NCBI GenBank assembly: GCA_035452965.1
Contig: DAOTCE010000006.1
Span: 109,941 to 173,940 of the forward strand
Length of the DNA: 64,000 bases
DNA from: Minisyncoccota bacterium
Lineage (GTDB): Bacteria; Verrucomicrobiota; Verrucomicrobiia; Limisphaerales; UBA8199
Direction: 5' to 3'
A model generated the notes under the pieces. It had not been told where the DNA came from. It searched no databases and saw nothing but the letters and a program-made list of their open reading frames with translations. The position numbers and the translations under genes are program-made. Position 1 is the stretch's first letter; each line of letters opens with the position of its first letter. Below are positions 44,841-53,327 of the stretch, piece by piece.

Positions 44841-45917
44841 TCACCGTTCGGTGCAACTGATACAGGGGTCAATGGTGAGCACCAGCACCGGCACGTCCGC
44901 CAGCTCGCAGCCCTGCAGCATCTTCACCAGGGCCGGCAGGTTGGCAAACGTGGGCGTGCGCACGCGAAAGCGCTGGATGTGCTTCGTGCCGTCCGCTTTC
45001 ACACAATACGCCACCTCGCCCCGCGGCTGCTCGGTGCGCGCGATGAACTCACCGTTGGGATTGCCCGCCACCTTCACCGCGATCTCCCCCGCCGGCATCC
45101 GCGCGACGGCCTCGCGGATCAGATTGATGGATTGGAACAGCTCGTCGCATCGGACGGCGCAGCGGGCGTAGGAGTCGCCGTCCGTGTGCGTGACCGGCTC
45201 GACGGGCAGATCCTTGAAAGCGGCGTAGCCCAACTGGCGCATGTCCTGGGCCACCCCGCTGGCGCGCGAGGTCGGGCCGACGCACCCCAGGTCGCGGGCG
45301 TCCTGACGCGTTAACACGCCCACTCCGCAGAGGCGGCTTTTGACGGAATCGTCGCGGATGAAGACCTTGGTAAGGTCACGGAGGTCCGCCTCGATCTGGC
45401 CCAGGTCCGCCAGCATGGCCTGGAGGCCGGCGGCGTCAATGTCCCGCCGTACGCCGCCGATTTTGCAGGAGCCGAAGATGACGCGTCCGCCGGCCGTGGC
45501 CTCGATGATATTGAGGACGCGCTCGCGCACGCGCCAGGAATGCATGAACAGGCTTTCAAAGCCCACGGCGTCCGCCATGAGCCCCAGCCAGAGCAGATGG
45601 CTGTGCAGCCGGGAGAGCTCGCCCCAGATCGTCCGGAGGTAAAGGGCGCGCGGCGGCACCGCCACGTTCATGATCGTTTCCACCGCCTGGCAGTAGGTCT
45701 GGCCATGAATAAAGCTGCAAATGCCGCAGATGCGCTCCGCGACATAGACAAACTCGACATAGTCCTTCTTCTCGACCAGCTTCTCCAGGCCGCGGTGAAT
45801 GAAGCCGATGGAGGGGCGCGCCTCGACTACTCTTTCGTCCTCGACCACCAGGTCGAGGTGGATAGGCTCGGGCAGCACCGGGTGTTGCGGACCAAAGGGT
45901 ATGATCGTGCGGGCCAT
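44841..45917 (-). CDS. [NiFe]-hydrogenase large subunit, group 4 (EchE/HycE/NuoD-like)
   Basis: Track ORF 44841..46112. The internal ATG 45917 gives MARTIIPFGPQHPVLPEP.... N-terminal Ni-Fe ligand motif RICGICSFIHG. C-terminal DPCISCTER sits at the very end of the protein, so there is no cleavable extension. Confidence 0.85.
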   Translation of the reverse strand: MARTIIPFGPQHPVLPEPIHLDLVVEDERVVEARPSIGFIHRGLEKLVEKKDYVEFVYVAERICGICSFIHGQTYCQAVETIMNVAVPPRALYLRTIWGELSRLHSHLLWLGLMADAVGFESLFMHSWRVRERVLNIIEATAGGRVIFGSCKIGGVRRDIDAAGLQAMLADLGQIEADLRDLTKVFIRDDSVKSRLCGVGVLTRQDARDLGCVGPTSRASGVAQDMRQLGYAAFKDLPVEPVTHTDGDSYARCAVRCDELFQSINLIREAVARMPAGEIAVKVAGNPNGEFIARTEQPRGEVAYCVKADGTKHIQRFRVRTPTFANLPALVKMLQGCELADVPVLVLTIDPCISCTER

Positions 45918-45927
45918 GGCGTGCGGG

Positions 45928-46350
45928 TCAGTGTTTGGCGGCTGCGGGGGGAGGGTTGGCGACTGGAGGCGCGGCCGCAGGCTTTGCCACGGGGACTTTG
46001 GTCGTGCCGAACGGGAACTTGACCGCGGTCTCGTAGAAGTGGCCATGGAAATCCACCGCCATGCCGTCCACCTGGACGCCGAACAGGTCGTGGACCTCGT
46101 TTTCATAGACAAACGCGCACCAGTAAATCCCGCTGATGCTCGGCACCCGGGCCGCCGTGGCCGGCAGGTGCAGGCGCAGATTGGCCAGGCGGCTGTCGCG
46201 ATCGAAGCTGTAGGTCAGCTCGATTTGCTCCGGCAGGCGCGTGGCACCGATCTGCACCAGCCGGTATCCTTGTTTGTGCATTGTGCCTGCCCGCTCCAGG
46301 AGGGCCGACACGGGTATGATCTCAAAAGTCTGGGCTGGTCCGTTGCTCAT
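45928..46350 (-). CDS. NuoC/EchD-like hydrogenase subunit
   Basis: ...IELTYSF...YWCAFVYENEVHDLFGVQVDG... (NuoC 30-kDa family signature), Pro/Ala-rich tail. The start overlaps the upstream stop as ATGA. Confidence 0.7.
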   Translation of the reverse strand: MSNGPAQTFEIIPVSALLERAGTMHKQGYRLVQIGATRLPEQIELTYSFDRDSRLANLRLHLPATAARVPSISGIYWCAFVYENEVHDLFGVQVDGMAVDFHGHFYETAVKFPFGTTKVPVAKPAAAPPVANPPPAAAKH

Positions 46351-47348
46351 TTTACGTTTTTGGTTGTTGCGGGCGCCGGCGCGCGCTCCTTTTGCAGGAA
46401 CACCCAGTTGATGTGGGGCGTGAAGGGCTCAGTCCGCAAAACCTGGTAGCCGGTGTGGGTGAGCTGGAAGAGGTTGCGCTTGCTTTGATGGCCCGTCTTC
46501 GCCTCGAAGCGTTGAACGTCGGGAAAGGCATTTTCAATCTCTCGCAGCAGCCGCCGGCCGATGCCCCGGCCTCGAAAATAGGGGTGGACAATCACCCGGC
46601 GGATGTAGGCGGTGGCACCGATGGCGAAGCCGCGCACGGAGCCGATGATCTTGCCGTTGACCACGGCCTTGAGAAAGACAATTTGGTCCGCGTCCGGGTG
46701 GGTGTCTTCCGCCGCCGGGGCATGGGCCAGGACCGCCACCCGCTCGGGCGTGCGCTCGAAGTCGGCCAACAGGTCGGCCAGGGTCTGTTGCAGTGGGGGC
46801 AAACTGTCGTCCCCATACAGCTCCGCCTCGCTCTGGTAGGCGATCTTTTGCAGGGCCAGAATCTCCGGCGCATCGCTCTTGTCGGCCCGCAGGTAGAGGG
46901 TTTGGTCGAGGCTGTTGGCCAGGGCCTTCATTTCGCGGTGCTTGGCCTCCAGCACGGCCAAGGCTTTGACCACGCCGTCAATGATGGCCTCCGGCCGCGC
47001 GGCGCAACCGGGCACGTAAACGTCCACCGGGATGACGCTATCCACCCCGCCCGAGACGTTGTAGCAATCCCGGAAGATGCCGCCGCTGCAGGCGCAGATG
47101 CCCACCGCGACCACGACTTTGGGCTCGGGCAACTGGTGGTAGATGTTGCGGATGACCGCCTGGCTTTGCGGGTTGACGGCTCCGGTGACCAGGAAGATGT
47201 CCGCGTGCTTGGGGTTGCCCATGTTAACGACCCCCAGGCGCTCGACGTCGAAGAGCGGCGTCAGGCAGGCCAGCGTCTCGATGTCGCACCCGTTGCAGCT
47301 CGAGGCGTCGTAGTGGATGATCCAGGGTGATTTTTTGATGCCGTGCAT
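46347..47348 (-). CDS. hydrogenase small subunit (NuoB/EchC-like) fused to a C-terminal GNAT N-acetyltransferase domain
   Basis: Single 333-aa ORF. Residues 1-~150 carry SCNGCDIE, VGICACSGG and VPGCAARPE (proximal 4Fe-4S ligands). Residues ~165-320 carry NGKIIGSVRGFAIGATAYIRRVIVHPYFRGRGIGRRLLREIE (GNAT motif A, R-x-x-G-x-G). Confidence 0.8.
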   Translation of the reverse strand: MHGIKKSPWIIHYDASSCNGCDIETLACLTPLFDVERLGVVNMGNPKHADIFLVTGAVNPQSQAVIRNIYHQLPEPKVVVAVGICACSGGIFRDCYNVSGGVDSVIPVDVYVPGCAARPEAIIDGVVKALAVLEAKHREMKALANSLDQTLYLRADKSDAPEILALQKIAYQSEAELYGDDSLPPLQQTLADLLADFERTPERVAVLAHAPAAEDTHPDADQIVFLKAVVNGKIIGSVRGFAIGATAYIRRVIVHPYFRGRGIGRRLLREIENAFPDVQRFEAKTGHQSKRNLFQLTHTGYQVLRTEPFTPHINWVFLQKERAPAPATTKNVK

Positions 47349-47366
47349 GTCAGTTCGTGTCTTCGC

Positions 47367-48224
47367 CTACAGGTGCCGCAGCCAGGAAAGCACCAGGATA
47401 TTGCCAAAGCCCAGCACCAGCGCCACGACCCACGCGCTGCGGAGGGCGGTTTGCCATTTGAGCCGGGCAAACACGTTGTCCACCAGGATCACGAACCCGA
47501 ACACCGCCAGCGACACCAGCACCCCGAGCAGCGGGGAGGCGGCGAAGAAGAGGTAAACCCAGCCCAGCAGGAACACCGTCTCATACCAGTGCGCGATCTC
47601 GATCATCGCCAGCGCCCGCCCCGAGAATTCGGTCGTGAGGCCGCGCACCAGCTCCTGGTGGGCGTGGTGCGAGCTGGAGAGGTCGAACGGCGATTTGCGG
47701 AACTTGATCTCCAGCGTGTAGAGGAAGCCCAGGAAAATGCCGGGCAACGCCAGCACCAGGAGCGTGGGATGGGCGGCGATGTCGTGCACGTAGAAGCTCC
47801 GGGTGACCAGGTACATCCCGATGGCGGTCAACAGCACCATTGGCTCGTAGGCCATTAACTGGATGAGCTCCCGCTGCGCGCCGACAAAGCTGTAGGGCGA
47901 GCTGGCTTTGCAGGCAGCCAGCACGAAGAAGATGGCCGCCAGCGTCAGCGCAAAAATCACCAGCAGCAGGTCCGACCCGGCGAAGAACAGCGCCCCGGTG
48001 AAGATCACCAGCAGCAGGAAAAAGAAGATGTAGAAGTTCTGCGAGCGGCGGACGACGACGTTTTCCTTTTGCCACAGCTTCAGCACATCGTAGAACGGCT
48101 GGAGCAGGGGCGGACCGCGCCGCGCCTGCATGCGCGCCGAGAGGCGCCGGTCCCACCCGGCCAGCAGGCCGCCCAGCAGGGGCGCCCCCACCAGGAAGAT
48201 GATGAGTCGAAGCCAGGGGCTCAT
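47367..48224 (-). CDS. NuoH/EchB/HycD-like membrane subunit
   Basis: Track ORF 47367..48302. The internal ATG 48224 overlaps the upstream stop (ATGA). ...RRGPPLLQPFYDVLKLWQKE... and about 8 TM helices. Confidence 0.8.
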   Translation of the reverse strand: MSPWLRLIIFLVGAPLLGGLLAGWDRRLSARMQARRGPPLLQPFYDVLKLWQKENVVVRRSQNFYIFFFLLLVIFTGALFFAGSDLLLVIFALTLAAIFFVLAACKASSPYSFVGAQRELIQLMAYEPMVLLTAIGMYLVTRSFYVHDIAAHPTLLVLALPGIFLGFLYTLEIKFRKSPFDLSSSHHAHQELVRGLTTEFSGRALAMIEIAHWYETVFLLGWVYLFFAASPLLGVLVSLAVFGFVILVDNVFARLKWQTALRSAWVVALVLGFGNILVLSWLRHL

Positions 48225-50101
48225 AGCATCGGCCACACGGCCGCGGCCGCCAGGAGCACCAGCAGGGCCGCGGCGCAAATCACGCCGCCGCGCGCCAGCC
48301 ACGCCTCGCTCAACAGGCCGTGCAGGTGGTAGTTGTTGGTCGCCACGTCATGCTCGGTGTTGCCCGCGCCCAGGAAGCGCGTGCTGCTGTGCAGGTTGGC
48401 CCCGCCCAGGTAGGCGTCTGTGACCCGGACCCCGCGCCCGTAGTTGATGAAGCTGAGCGGGAAGAGCAGAATCATCACCATCATAATGGTCATGATGACC
48501 ACGTTGCCGTGGGTCAACACGCCGCATTGCCCGTAAACGGACACCACGTAGGGCTGGATGAGCCAGGCCGAGATGAGCGGAAACAGCAGGCAGGCCAGGG
48601 CCGTGACCACGGACAGGCCGGACAGCGCGATGTTCTGGCCCAGGGCCAGCGTTTGCGCGACCGCTTGCCGGGGCCGCTGGACCTCGAGCAGTTTGCCGAT
48701 CCACTTGACCCAGAAGAACAGCGTGGCCGCGCTGCCGAAGACTAGGAAGATGGAGAGGGACGGGGCGGCGTCCACTACCGCTTTGAGCACGGCCCATTTG
48801 CTGATCAGCATGCCGAAGGGGGCCAGGAACATGCCCGCCATCCCCAACTGCATCATCACCGCCACCCGCGGCATGTTCAGAACCAGGCCGCTCATCGCCT
48901 CGATGTCGCGGCTGTGCAGGCGGTGCTCCACCACCCCGACGCAGAGGAAGAGCAGGCACTTGGCCGCCGCGTGGAAAATGATCAGCAGGATGCCCGCCCA
49001 CACCGCCTCGTGCGTTCCGATGCCGCCGCACAGCACGATCAAGCCCAGATTGGCGATGGTGGACCACGCCAGCACCTTCTTTGCGTCGCTGGTGGTGATG
49101 GCGGCCAGGGAGCCCGCCAGGAACGTCACCGCGCCCACCAGGGCCACCAGGTAACCCACCGCCGTCCCGGTGACCACCGGCGCCATGCGCAGCACCAGGT
49201 AAACGCCGGCTTTGACCATCGTGCTGGAGTGCAGCAGGGCGGAGATGGGCGTGGGCGCGACCATGGCGCCGAGCAGCCAGCTTGAGAAGGGCAGTTGCGC
49301 CGACTTGGTGATGCCCGCGAAACAGAGCAGCGCGGCCGGCAGCAGGGCCAGCGAATGTTGGGAGCCGGCGAGCGTCCGCAGCTCGATGCTCCCGCTTTGG
49401 CGCGCAAACCAGGCGATCGCCAGCGCGAACCCCAGCCCCCCGGCCAGGTTCATCACCAGCGCCCGCAGGGCGTTGGCCCGCGCCTCTTGCGTCCCCGTGT
49501 AGCCGATCAGCAGGAAGGAGCACAGCGTCGTGATTTCCCAGAACAGGAACAGCCAGAGCAGGTTGTTGCTGAAGATGAGGCCGAACATGGCGCCCGTGAA
49601 GATGAACAGCAGCCCGAAGAACAGCGGCCGCCGGTCCGGCACTTCGGGATGGGCCGCCCGGTGATACTCGCGCATGTAGCCCAGCGCGTAGAGGCATATC
49701 CCCCCGCCCACCAGGCCGTTGATCAGGGCCATGGTGATGGACAGCTTGTCCGCCAGGAGATTGTGCGCGGCCTTCAATTCCGCCCCGTGCGCCCATTCCA
49801 GCCAGGCCATCAGCCCCGCCTGGGCCAGCATCAGCCCCACGATCCACGGGCGCCGCGCCCGCAGGCCCACGTAAATCACGTAGAGCCCCATGGCCCCTTC
49901 GATCGCCATGAGCGCGGCGTTCAGCCAGTGATAATCCAGCGGCAGGAGGTCCGGCGCGGGCAGCACCGCCAGCGCCAGCACCCCGGCGCAGATCAGCAAC
50001 GTGACGGCGCTAACCAGAATCTTGCGAAACGGGTCGGACTTCAACCACAGCAGCCCCGCACCAGCGGCGATGGGGCCGAGAATTAATGCTGGAACAAGCA
50101 T
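48221..50101 (-). CDS. NuoL/EchA/HyfB-like antiporter-type membrane subunit
   Basis: Track ORF 48221..50578. The internal ATG 50101 gives MLVPALILGPIAAG.... Conserved ...PISALLHSSTMVKAGVYLVLR.... The upstream 159 codons are Pro/Ala/Arg-rich and overlap the divergent GH20 gene. Confidence 0.8.
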   Translation of the reverse strand: MLVPALILGPIAAGAGLLWLKSDPFRKILVSAVTLLICAGVLALAVLPAPDLLPLDYHWLNAALMAIEGAMGLYVIYVGLRARRPWIVGLMLAQAGLMAWLEWAHGAELKAAHNLLADKLSITMALINGLVGGGICLYALGYMREYHRAAHPEVPDRRPLFFGLLFIFTGAMFGLIFSNNLLWLFLFWEITTLCSFLLIGYTGTQEARANALRALVMNLAGGLGFALAIAWFARQSGSIELRTLAGSQHSLALLPAALLCFAGITKSAQLPFSSWLLGAMVAPTPISALLHSSTMVKAGVYLVLRMAPVVTGTAVGYLVALVGAVTFLAGSLAAITTSDAKKVLAWSTIANLGLIVLCGGIGTHEAVWAGILLIIFHAAAKCLLFLCVGVVEHRLHSRDIEAMSGLVLNMPRVAVMMQLGMAGMFLAPFGMLISKWAVLKAVVDAAPSLSIFLVFGSAATLFFWVKWIGKLLEVQRPRQAVAQTLALGQNIALSGLSVVTALACLLFPLISAWLIQPYVVSVYGQCGVLTHGNVVIMTIMMVMILLFPLSFINYGRGVRVTDAYLGGANLHSSTRFLGAGNTEHDVATNNYHLHGLLSEAWLARGGVICAAALLVLLAAAAVWPML

Positions 50102-50106
50102 TACGA

Positions 50107-50143
50107 CAATTGGCGGGGATGCTACACCCCCTGCTTGCCAATT
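50107..50143 (-). promoter_or_regulatory. imperfect hairpin/palindrome immediately upstream of the hydrogenase operon start codon
   Basis: On the + strand: CAATTGGCGGGG (50107-50118) ... CCCCCTGCTTGCCAATT (50127-50143). AATTGGC/GCCAATT and GGGG/CCCC pair. The structure ends 6 nt from the ATG at 50101. Confidence 0.35.
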
Positions 50144-50337
50144 CCCAGCCCAACCTTTGCTCTCGCCGAAGGCGCCGCCCCAATCCTCGACGAAGGCAGG
50201 GCGGTTTCGCTGTACACCGCCGGCGGCGGGTGCGGGTTGCGGGTCGCTTGAATTGGGGCGCGGGTTGGGGAAGAGTAGGAGCCGATATGCGGCAACCGGA
50301 AAAATGGACGGTCTGACCCGGGCGAGGATTTGAGTTC

Positions 50338-52278
50338 TTGAACGGCTTGGTATTGCTTCCTTATCCCCGCTGGGTGCGGCGTTTGCCGGGATGTTACCGG
50401 CTGCCGCAGCGCGGGGTGCTGCACCTGGACGCCGGGCTGCCGCGGGAGCGGGTGCTGTGGCCCGTGGCGGCGCGGGTGAAGTCGGCGGCGGCGGAGGCGG
50501 GGGTCGAGCTGGAGGTAGCAACGGGACCGGCGCAGCATCCGCGGCTGGCGATTCGCGCGGTGCAGAGCGCCGCCGCACCGGCCCAAGCCCAGGGATATGA
50601 GCTGCGCATCGGTTCGGATGGGGTGACGTTGTTGTACCGGGAGGAAGGGGGGTTGCGGGCGGGAACGGCGACGCTGCGCCAGTTGTTGCGCGGGCACGGG
50701 CGGCGGCTGCCGCGGGTGCGGATTCGGGATTACCCGGATTTCGCGCGGCGGGGAGTGATGCTGGATGTGTCGCGCGGACGGGTGCCCCGCCTGGACACGT
50801 TGCTGGAGCTGGCCGGGGACCTGGCTGATTTCAAGGTCAATGAGCTGCAGCTTTACACGGAGCACACGTTCGCTTACCGGAACTACGAGCCAGTCTGGCG
50901 CGGCTGGGGGCCGTTGACAGGCGAGGACATTTTGCGGCTGGACGCGCGGTGCCGCGAGCTGGGGATTGATTTGGTGCCCAATCAAAACTCGTTCGGGCAT
51001 TTGCGGTATTGGCTGGCCTACCCGCCGCTCCGGAAGCTGGCGGAGGTGCGCGCGCCTTACGCCTGCGCGGGCGGCGCGTATCTCCGCTACCCGGCGACGC
51101 TGGCCCCGAACCATCCGGACACCCTGCCCTTCCTGCGCGGGCTTTATGACGAGCTGCTGCCGCATTTCAGCAGCGGGCGGTTCAATGTCGGTTGCGACGA
51201 GACGTGGGACCTCGGGCGCGGCCAAAGCCGGCGGCTTTGCCAGGCTAAAGGGGCCGGTCGGGTGTATGTGGATTTCTTGAAGCAAGTGCACCGGGAAGTC
51301 TCGGCGCGCGACCGGCGGATGATGTTTTGGGGGGACATGATGTTGAAACACCCCGAGCTGGTGCGGGAGCTGCCGCGGGAGATGGTCGCGCTGGCCTGGG
51401 GCTACGAGGCAACTTACCCGTTCGCGGTCGAGGCGGAACGGTGGGCGCAAGCCGGGCACCCGTTTTACGTCTGCCCCGGGACGTCCACGTGGATGAGCCT
51501 GATCGGGAAGCATGACGTGGCGTTTGCCAACTTGCGCCAGGCGGCGGCCGCGGGGTCCCGCCACGGGGCGCAGGGTTACTTGAACACGGATTGGGGCAAC
51601 GGCGGGCACCCGCAGCCGCTGGCGGTGAGCTACCTGCCGTATCTGCTCGGCGCGGCGCTGAGCTGGTGCGCGGCGACGGCGGATGAGCGGCTGCTGGTGC
51701 CGGTGATCAGCCGGGATGTGTTCCAGGATCCCAGCCGGCGCCTGGCCGAGGCGGCGCTGGGGCTGGGCTGGGCGCACCGGAAGTTCGAGTATTGCGCGCT
51801 GAACGTTACGCCGTTCGGGGCGGTGATCGCCGCGCCGCGCCCGCGCACCGGGGAGCTGGATTGCCGGGACGGGCTGAAGTATTACGCGCGCATTCCGGCG
51901 GCGAAGGTCCGCGCGGCGCTGGAGGAGGTGGAGAGGCTGCGGGGGACGCTGCCGCGCGCGCCCGCGTCCGGCCGCCGGGGGGAGATGTTCGCGCTGGAGC
52001 TGGACCTGGCGGCGCGGATGGCGGCGGAGTCGTGCCGGATCATGCTCTGGCAGCAGGCGGTCGCCGGGGGAGGAGGGCCGGGGGCGCGGCGGCTGGCCCG
52101 CGCAGGCGTGCGCGCTTTGGACGAACTGGACCGGGAGTTTCGCCGATACTGGCCGCGGCGGAACAAGGGCACCACCGCAAAGTGCTCGACATTCCTGCAG
52201 TGGCGGAGGGAAGATTACCGGCGCGGCACGGTTCATTTTGCGCCGGAGGCGGCGCGGGTTCCGGAGCCGGCACTGTGA
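50338..52278 (+). CDS. glycoside hydrolase family 20-like protein (beta-N-acetylhexosaminidase-like), no signal peptide
   Basis: TTG start. GYELRIG...GLRAGTATLRQLL (GH20b-like), RGVMLDVSRG and the catalytic-type motif FNVGCDET ([HN]-x-G-x-D-E). The 770-aa minus-strand ORF 50122..52434 is its Pro/Arg-rich antisense shadow. Confidence 0.7.
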   Translation: MNGLVLLPYPRWVRRLPGCYRLPQRGVLHLDAGLPRERVLWPVAARVKSAAAEAGVELEVATGPAQHPRLAIRAVQSAAAPAQAQGYELRIGSDGVTLLYREEGGLRAGTATLRQLLRGHGRRLPRVRIRDYPDFARRGVMLDVSRGRVPRLDTLLELAGDLADFKVNELQLYTEHTFAYRNYEPVWRGWGPLTGEDILRLDARCRELGIDLVPNQNSFGHLRYWLAYPPLRKLAEVRAPYACAGGAYLRYPATLAPNHPDTLPFLRGLYDELLPHFSSGRFNVGCDETWDLGRGQSRRLCQAKGAGRVYVDFLKQVHREVSARDRRMMFWGDMMLKHPELVRELPREMVALAWGYEATYPFAVEAERWAQAGHPFYVCPGTSTWMSLIGKHDVAFANLRQAAAAGSRHGAQGYLNTDWGNGGHPQPLAVSYLPYLLGAALSWCAATADERLLVPVISRDVFQDPSRRLAEAALGLGWAHRKFEYCALNVTPFGAVIAAPRPRTGELDCRDGLKYYARIPAAKVRAALEEVERLRGTLPRAPASGRRGEMFALELDLAARMAAESCRIMLWQQAVAGGGGPGARRLARAGVRALDELDREFRRYWPRRNKGTTAKCSTFLQWRREDYRRGTVHFAPEAARVPEPAL

Positions 52279-52288
52279 GCATGGAGCT

Positions 52289-52996
52289 ATGGCAATCGCG
52301 GACTTGCGACGAGAATATAGTTTGACCGGTTTGCGCCGAAGGGATTTGGACCCGGACCCGATGGCGCAGTTCAAGCTTTGGTTCGACCAGGCGGCGGGGG
52401 CGCGGGCCGGCGGCCGGGTGCGGAAGTTTTGCATCCGCGCTTACAAGGCGCTGCTGCTGGCCGCAGGCGGGGAGCCGCTGGACTTGACGGCGGCGACGCT
52501 GGCCACGGCCGACAAGCAGGGGCGGCCGTCGGCGCGGGTGGTGCTGCTCAAAGGGGTGGACGCGCGCGGGTTTGTGTTCTTCACCAATTACGAAAGCCGC
52601 AAAGGGCGGGAGCTGGGCGAAAACCCGCACGCGGCGCTGGTGTTTTACTGGTCTCACCAGGAGCGACAAGTATGCGTGACGGGACAGGTGAGGCCGCTGC
52701 CGGCGGCGGAGTCGGACGCGTATTTTCAGTCTCGCCCGCGAGGCAGCCGCGTGGCGGCCTGGGCCTCGCACCAGAGCGCGGTGATACGCGACCGGGCGGC
52801 GCTGGAAGAACAATGGCGGCAGGTGGAGGCCCAGCACGCGGGCCGGGAAGTGCCGCGTCCGCCGTTTTGGGGCGGGTACGTGCTTGCGCCCGGGCGGCTC
52901 GAATTCTGGCAGGGGCGGCCCAACCGGCTGCACGACCGGTTTCGCTACACGCGGCAGGCAGATGCGCGGTGGTTGATCGAGCGCTTGTCGCCGTAA
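52289..52996 (+). CDS. pdxH: pyridoxamine 5'-phosphate oxidase
   Basis: Track ORF 52238..52996. ATG 52289 gives MAIADLRREYSLTGLRRRDL... and ...RVVLLKGVDARGFVFFTNYESRKG...PPFWGGYVLAPGRLEFWQGRPNRLHDRFRY... Confidence 0.85.
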   Translation: MAIADLRREYSLTGLRRRDLDPDPMAQFKLWFDQAAGARAGGRVRKFCIRAYKALLLAAGGEPLDLTAATLATADKQGRPSARVVLLKGVDARGFVFFTNYESRKGRELGENPHAALVFYWSHQERQVCVTGQVRPLPAAESDAYFQSRPRGSRVAAWASHQSAVIRDRAALEEQWRQVEAQHAGREVPRPPFWGGYVLAPGRLEFWQGRPNRLHDRFRYTRQADARWLIERLSP

Positions 52997-53120
52997 GAGC
53001 CTGTTTGAAAATGCCGGTCTAACGCCGGGTGCGGACACCCGGCCTGCAGGGAATCGGCGAAAAGGCGCCATCCTGTAGGCCCGGTCCCCTGACCGGGCGA
53101 ATTCTCAAACAAGCTCTCAG
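52996..53120 (+). repeat. 125-bp MITE/REP-like element, copy 2
   Basis: Begins at the last base of the pdxH stop codon. 96% identical to 42039-42163. Hairpins CCGGGTG-CGGA-CACCCGG (53025-53042) and GCCCGGTC-CCCT-GACCGGGC (53079-53098). Confidence 0.75.
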
Positions 53121-53327
53121 ATTTGCCGGCAAGGCCTTGGTCCTGGTTGGGGCCGCCCTGCCGAGGCGGCTAAACGGTGACGCTCTCGGCGAGATCGCCC
53201 TGGAGGGATTACATTTAACGCAATATTTAACTTGCCTTCCCGCTGCGCGGGCGCAAATTCACGGATGTGGCTGTGGTTATGCCGCTTGCGCCGTTGTGCG
53301 GGGAGGCATGCCGGAGCCGACGCAATC

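Noticed and set aside
48348-49847. 499-aa minus-strand ORF in an alternate frame inside the NuoL-like gene, plus the 159-codon N-terminal extension of 48221..50578
   Set aside because: The alternate frame is Gly/Arg/Ala/Pro-rich and non-membrane. The in-frame extension is Pro/Ala/Arg low complexity and overlaps the divergent GH20 gene. The NuoL-like TM profile starts at ATG 50101.
50107-50143. Sigma54 (-24/-12) promoter upstream of the hydrogenase operon
   Set aside because: A TGGCA is present on the minus strand, but no TTGC element follows at the canonical distance of 4-5 nt.
50122-52434. 770-aa minus-strand ORF, the second-longest ORF call in this part of the window
   Set aside because: It is extremely Pro/Arg/Gln-rich and low complexity with no recognisable motifs. 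It lies exactly antisense to a + strand ORF with clear GH20 motifs and overlaps the pdxH start. This is a typical high-GC shadow ORF.
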